From Leucoraja ocellata (lineage: Eukaryota), in assembly GCA_036785375.1 (NCBI GenBank), contig JAWMAR010000167.1, positions 3,348,001 through 3,412,000 on the forward strand: a stretch of DNA of 64,000 bases, in the 5' to 3' direction. Positions 62,269 through 64,000 of this stretch are shown here, piece after piece. Under the pieces are notes generated by a model, which was not told the origin of the DNA, ran no database searches, and saw only the letters and a program-made list of their open reading frames with translations. Within the stretch, counting starts at the first letter, position 1. Each line of letters opens with the position of its first letter. Made by a program: the position numbers and the translations under genes.

Positions 62269-62904
62269 GTTGGCCTGTTAAAAATTAGCTTGCTTTCTGC
62301 TTTCCTGTTTGTAATTCTTGATTTCCTTATGTGTGTCACTTCCTATTTTATAATTATTGCTTTTTGTGTCTGGGAGCTCTTGCATGGCAGCTTTAATCTC
62401 TCCAAGGCTGAGAAGTGTTTAAGTTACCCTAGTATGCCTGGCAGCAGCTAATTAAATATCTCAGTGGCAAAAAATGAAAAGTAACTTCTGCCATGTTATG
62501 TCAAGTGGCGTCTGACTTTAGAAATCACAGTATTTCTCCAATTGCAACAATGATTAGAGTTTGTCGTATAAGTAGTGAATGGAAATATATTGTAGAGAAG
62601 AACAAGTTAGAATGGTCAATAAAACACCGGTGCGTTGTACTGCTAAAACAATATTGTTTATGACTGTGTTTAACCCAATTATTCTGACCCCTAACGTTAG
62701 CAATGCATGGAGCACTTGAGCAAGATTTTATTTGTGATTACATGTGGAAGAATTGTCAGGTTAGCAAAGTATGAGATAAGAAGCCACCATTATAGGAGTT
62801 ACACCATTATAGAAGCCACCATTATAGGAGTCTACCAGTATGTTTATGGAAATAAAAAAATGGAATCAACAATGGAAACACGTATTTTCATATATTTCAT
62901 GTAA

Positions 62905-63200
62905 TTGGAGCAGTATTAAGCCAATCTTGCCCATCAAGTCTATTCCGCGATGGATCATGGCTGATCTATCTTTCCCTCTCAACCCCATTCTCCCTATAAC
63001 TCTTGACACCCAAATGAATCTGGCAATCTCCGCTGTTAAAATGCCCTATGATTAAGCCTCCACAGCTGTCTGTTGCAACGAATTTCACAGATATATCACC
63101 CTCCTCATCTCCTTTTTTAAAGTTAGGTCCTTTTATTCTAAGGTTGTGCCCTCTGATCCTAGACCTTCCCACTTTTCCCTCAAATTTCTCAGAATTTTGT
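62905..63200 (-). mobile_element. CR1-like LINE 3' remnant
   Basis: SRIRGHNLRIKG peptide and CR1 3' UTR similarity. Confidence 0.75.
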
Positions 63201-64000
63201 AACAATGGGATTCCACCGTTAATAATTTGCACTATATTAGTTAGCTCAGGTATTGATCCTCCAGGAGGAATTTGAGAATGCAATATTAGTGGAAAAGCAA
63301 AGTGTTTGCAATGCTTAGCTAGTTATGCAATGTTGATTTAGATGTACATATCACAAATAAAATTAATTGCACTGGAAAATTGTGCAATGCAAATTTCTTG
63401 TATACCTTTTTGGTTGCTGGCAGGATAGATACCAACATCGTGAGACATTTATAGTCCTATCTTCCTTGAATTATGATGCTAGTGTACTTTGCAGTATGCA
63501 TTCTGTTCACTTTGCCTTGTGCTCAAACTGTAAGAAACCTGGCCAAATACAAAATATATTCCAGGGTCTATGCATTAACAATGAATATTTGCATGTGTGC
63601 TTAATAAAATGTAGGAATGATCACTGGAAAAATGTCAAGAAAATCACTTCTTGTTGGTATTGCGTGACATATTAAATAATTGGTCGCGGTGATCCATTTG
63701 CTTCAGTGAAATAAAATTTGGAGGCAGAATCCAACTTGCTGACAATTCTATCACGAGTAGAGACTGGAGATGGTGAAATCTTGAAAAGTGCTGGAGGAAC
63801 TCAGCAGATCATACAATTGCCACTGAATGCCTCCAGACCTTTGTGTGTTTTTCTGTCATTAGTGTTCAATGCTAGTGACAAAAGGATAAACTCTGGGCAG
63901 TACAGGTCTCCACTTGGATCCAACGCGGTCACAGTGACAGAACTGTTAACCACTTGCCCTTCTGCGTCCGATTCACTTGCATACACAAATGTCTGCTTGG

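Noticed and set aside
82-62831. Small local duplications (82-122, 6721-6766, 13838-13879, 45090-45117, 62779-62831)
   Set aside because: Ordinary slippage or repair duplications with no shared sequence or sign of function
117-63986. Most of the short ORFs in the six-frame track
   Set aside because: Chance frames in introns and repeats, or antisense shadows of DLG5 exons (e.g. 36640..37203, 41223..41423, 51405..51623)
1-64000. Prokaryotic features such as operons, CRISPR arrays or IS elements
   Set aside because: Exon-intron structure and SINE/LINE content show vertebrate DNA; dispersed repeats have no regular repeat-spacer spacing

Overview
Eukaryotic, AT-rich vertebrate genomic DNA, most likely a cartilaginous fish such as a skate or ray (inferred from the repeat families). 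The whole window lies inside one + strand gene, DLG5 (discs large MAGUK scaffold 5). I traced 21 GT-AG coding exons from 9578 to 62268 with continuous splice phases, covering the coiled-coil region, PDZ1, PDZ2 and the long Ser/Pro-rich linker. The CARD-encoding first exon and the PDZ3/PDZ4/SH3/GUK exons are outside the window. Two frame-neutral exons (36922-37152, 62191-62268) are absent from the canonical human protein as I recall it. A GC/CpG-rich island at about 1690-2250 looks like an internal promoter whose candidate first exon (MGCVFDA) splices in frame to exon 9578. Introns contain tRNA-derived V-SINEs, CR1, Rex1/Babar, Tx1 and RTE fragments, a Gypsy remnant and Harbinger-like MITEs. 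Most striking is an abundant family of short Penelope-like insertions with 9-17 bp target-site duplications, fold-back arms and a minimal hammerhead-ribozyme-like core (CTGAAGA-A-stem-GAAA-CG-TH); the core is intact at 57746-57773 (sense) and 20663-20690 (antisense). Repeat boundaries and family names come from reading by eye and are approximate.
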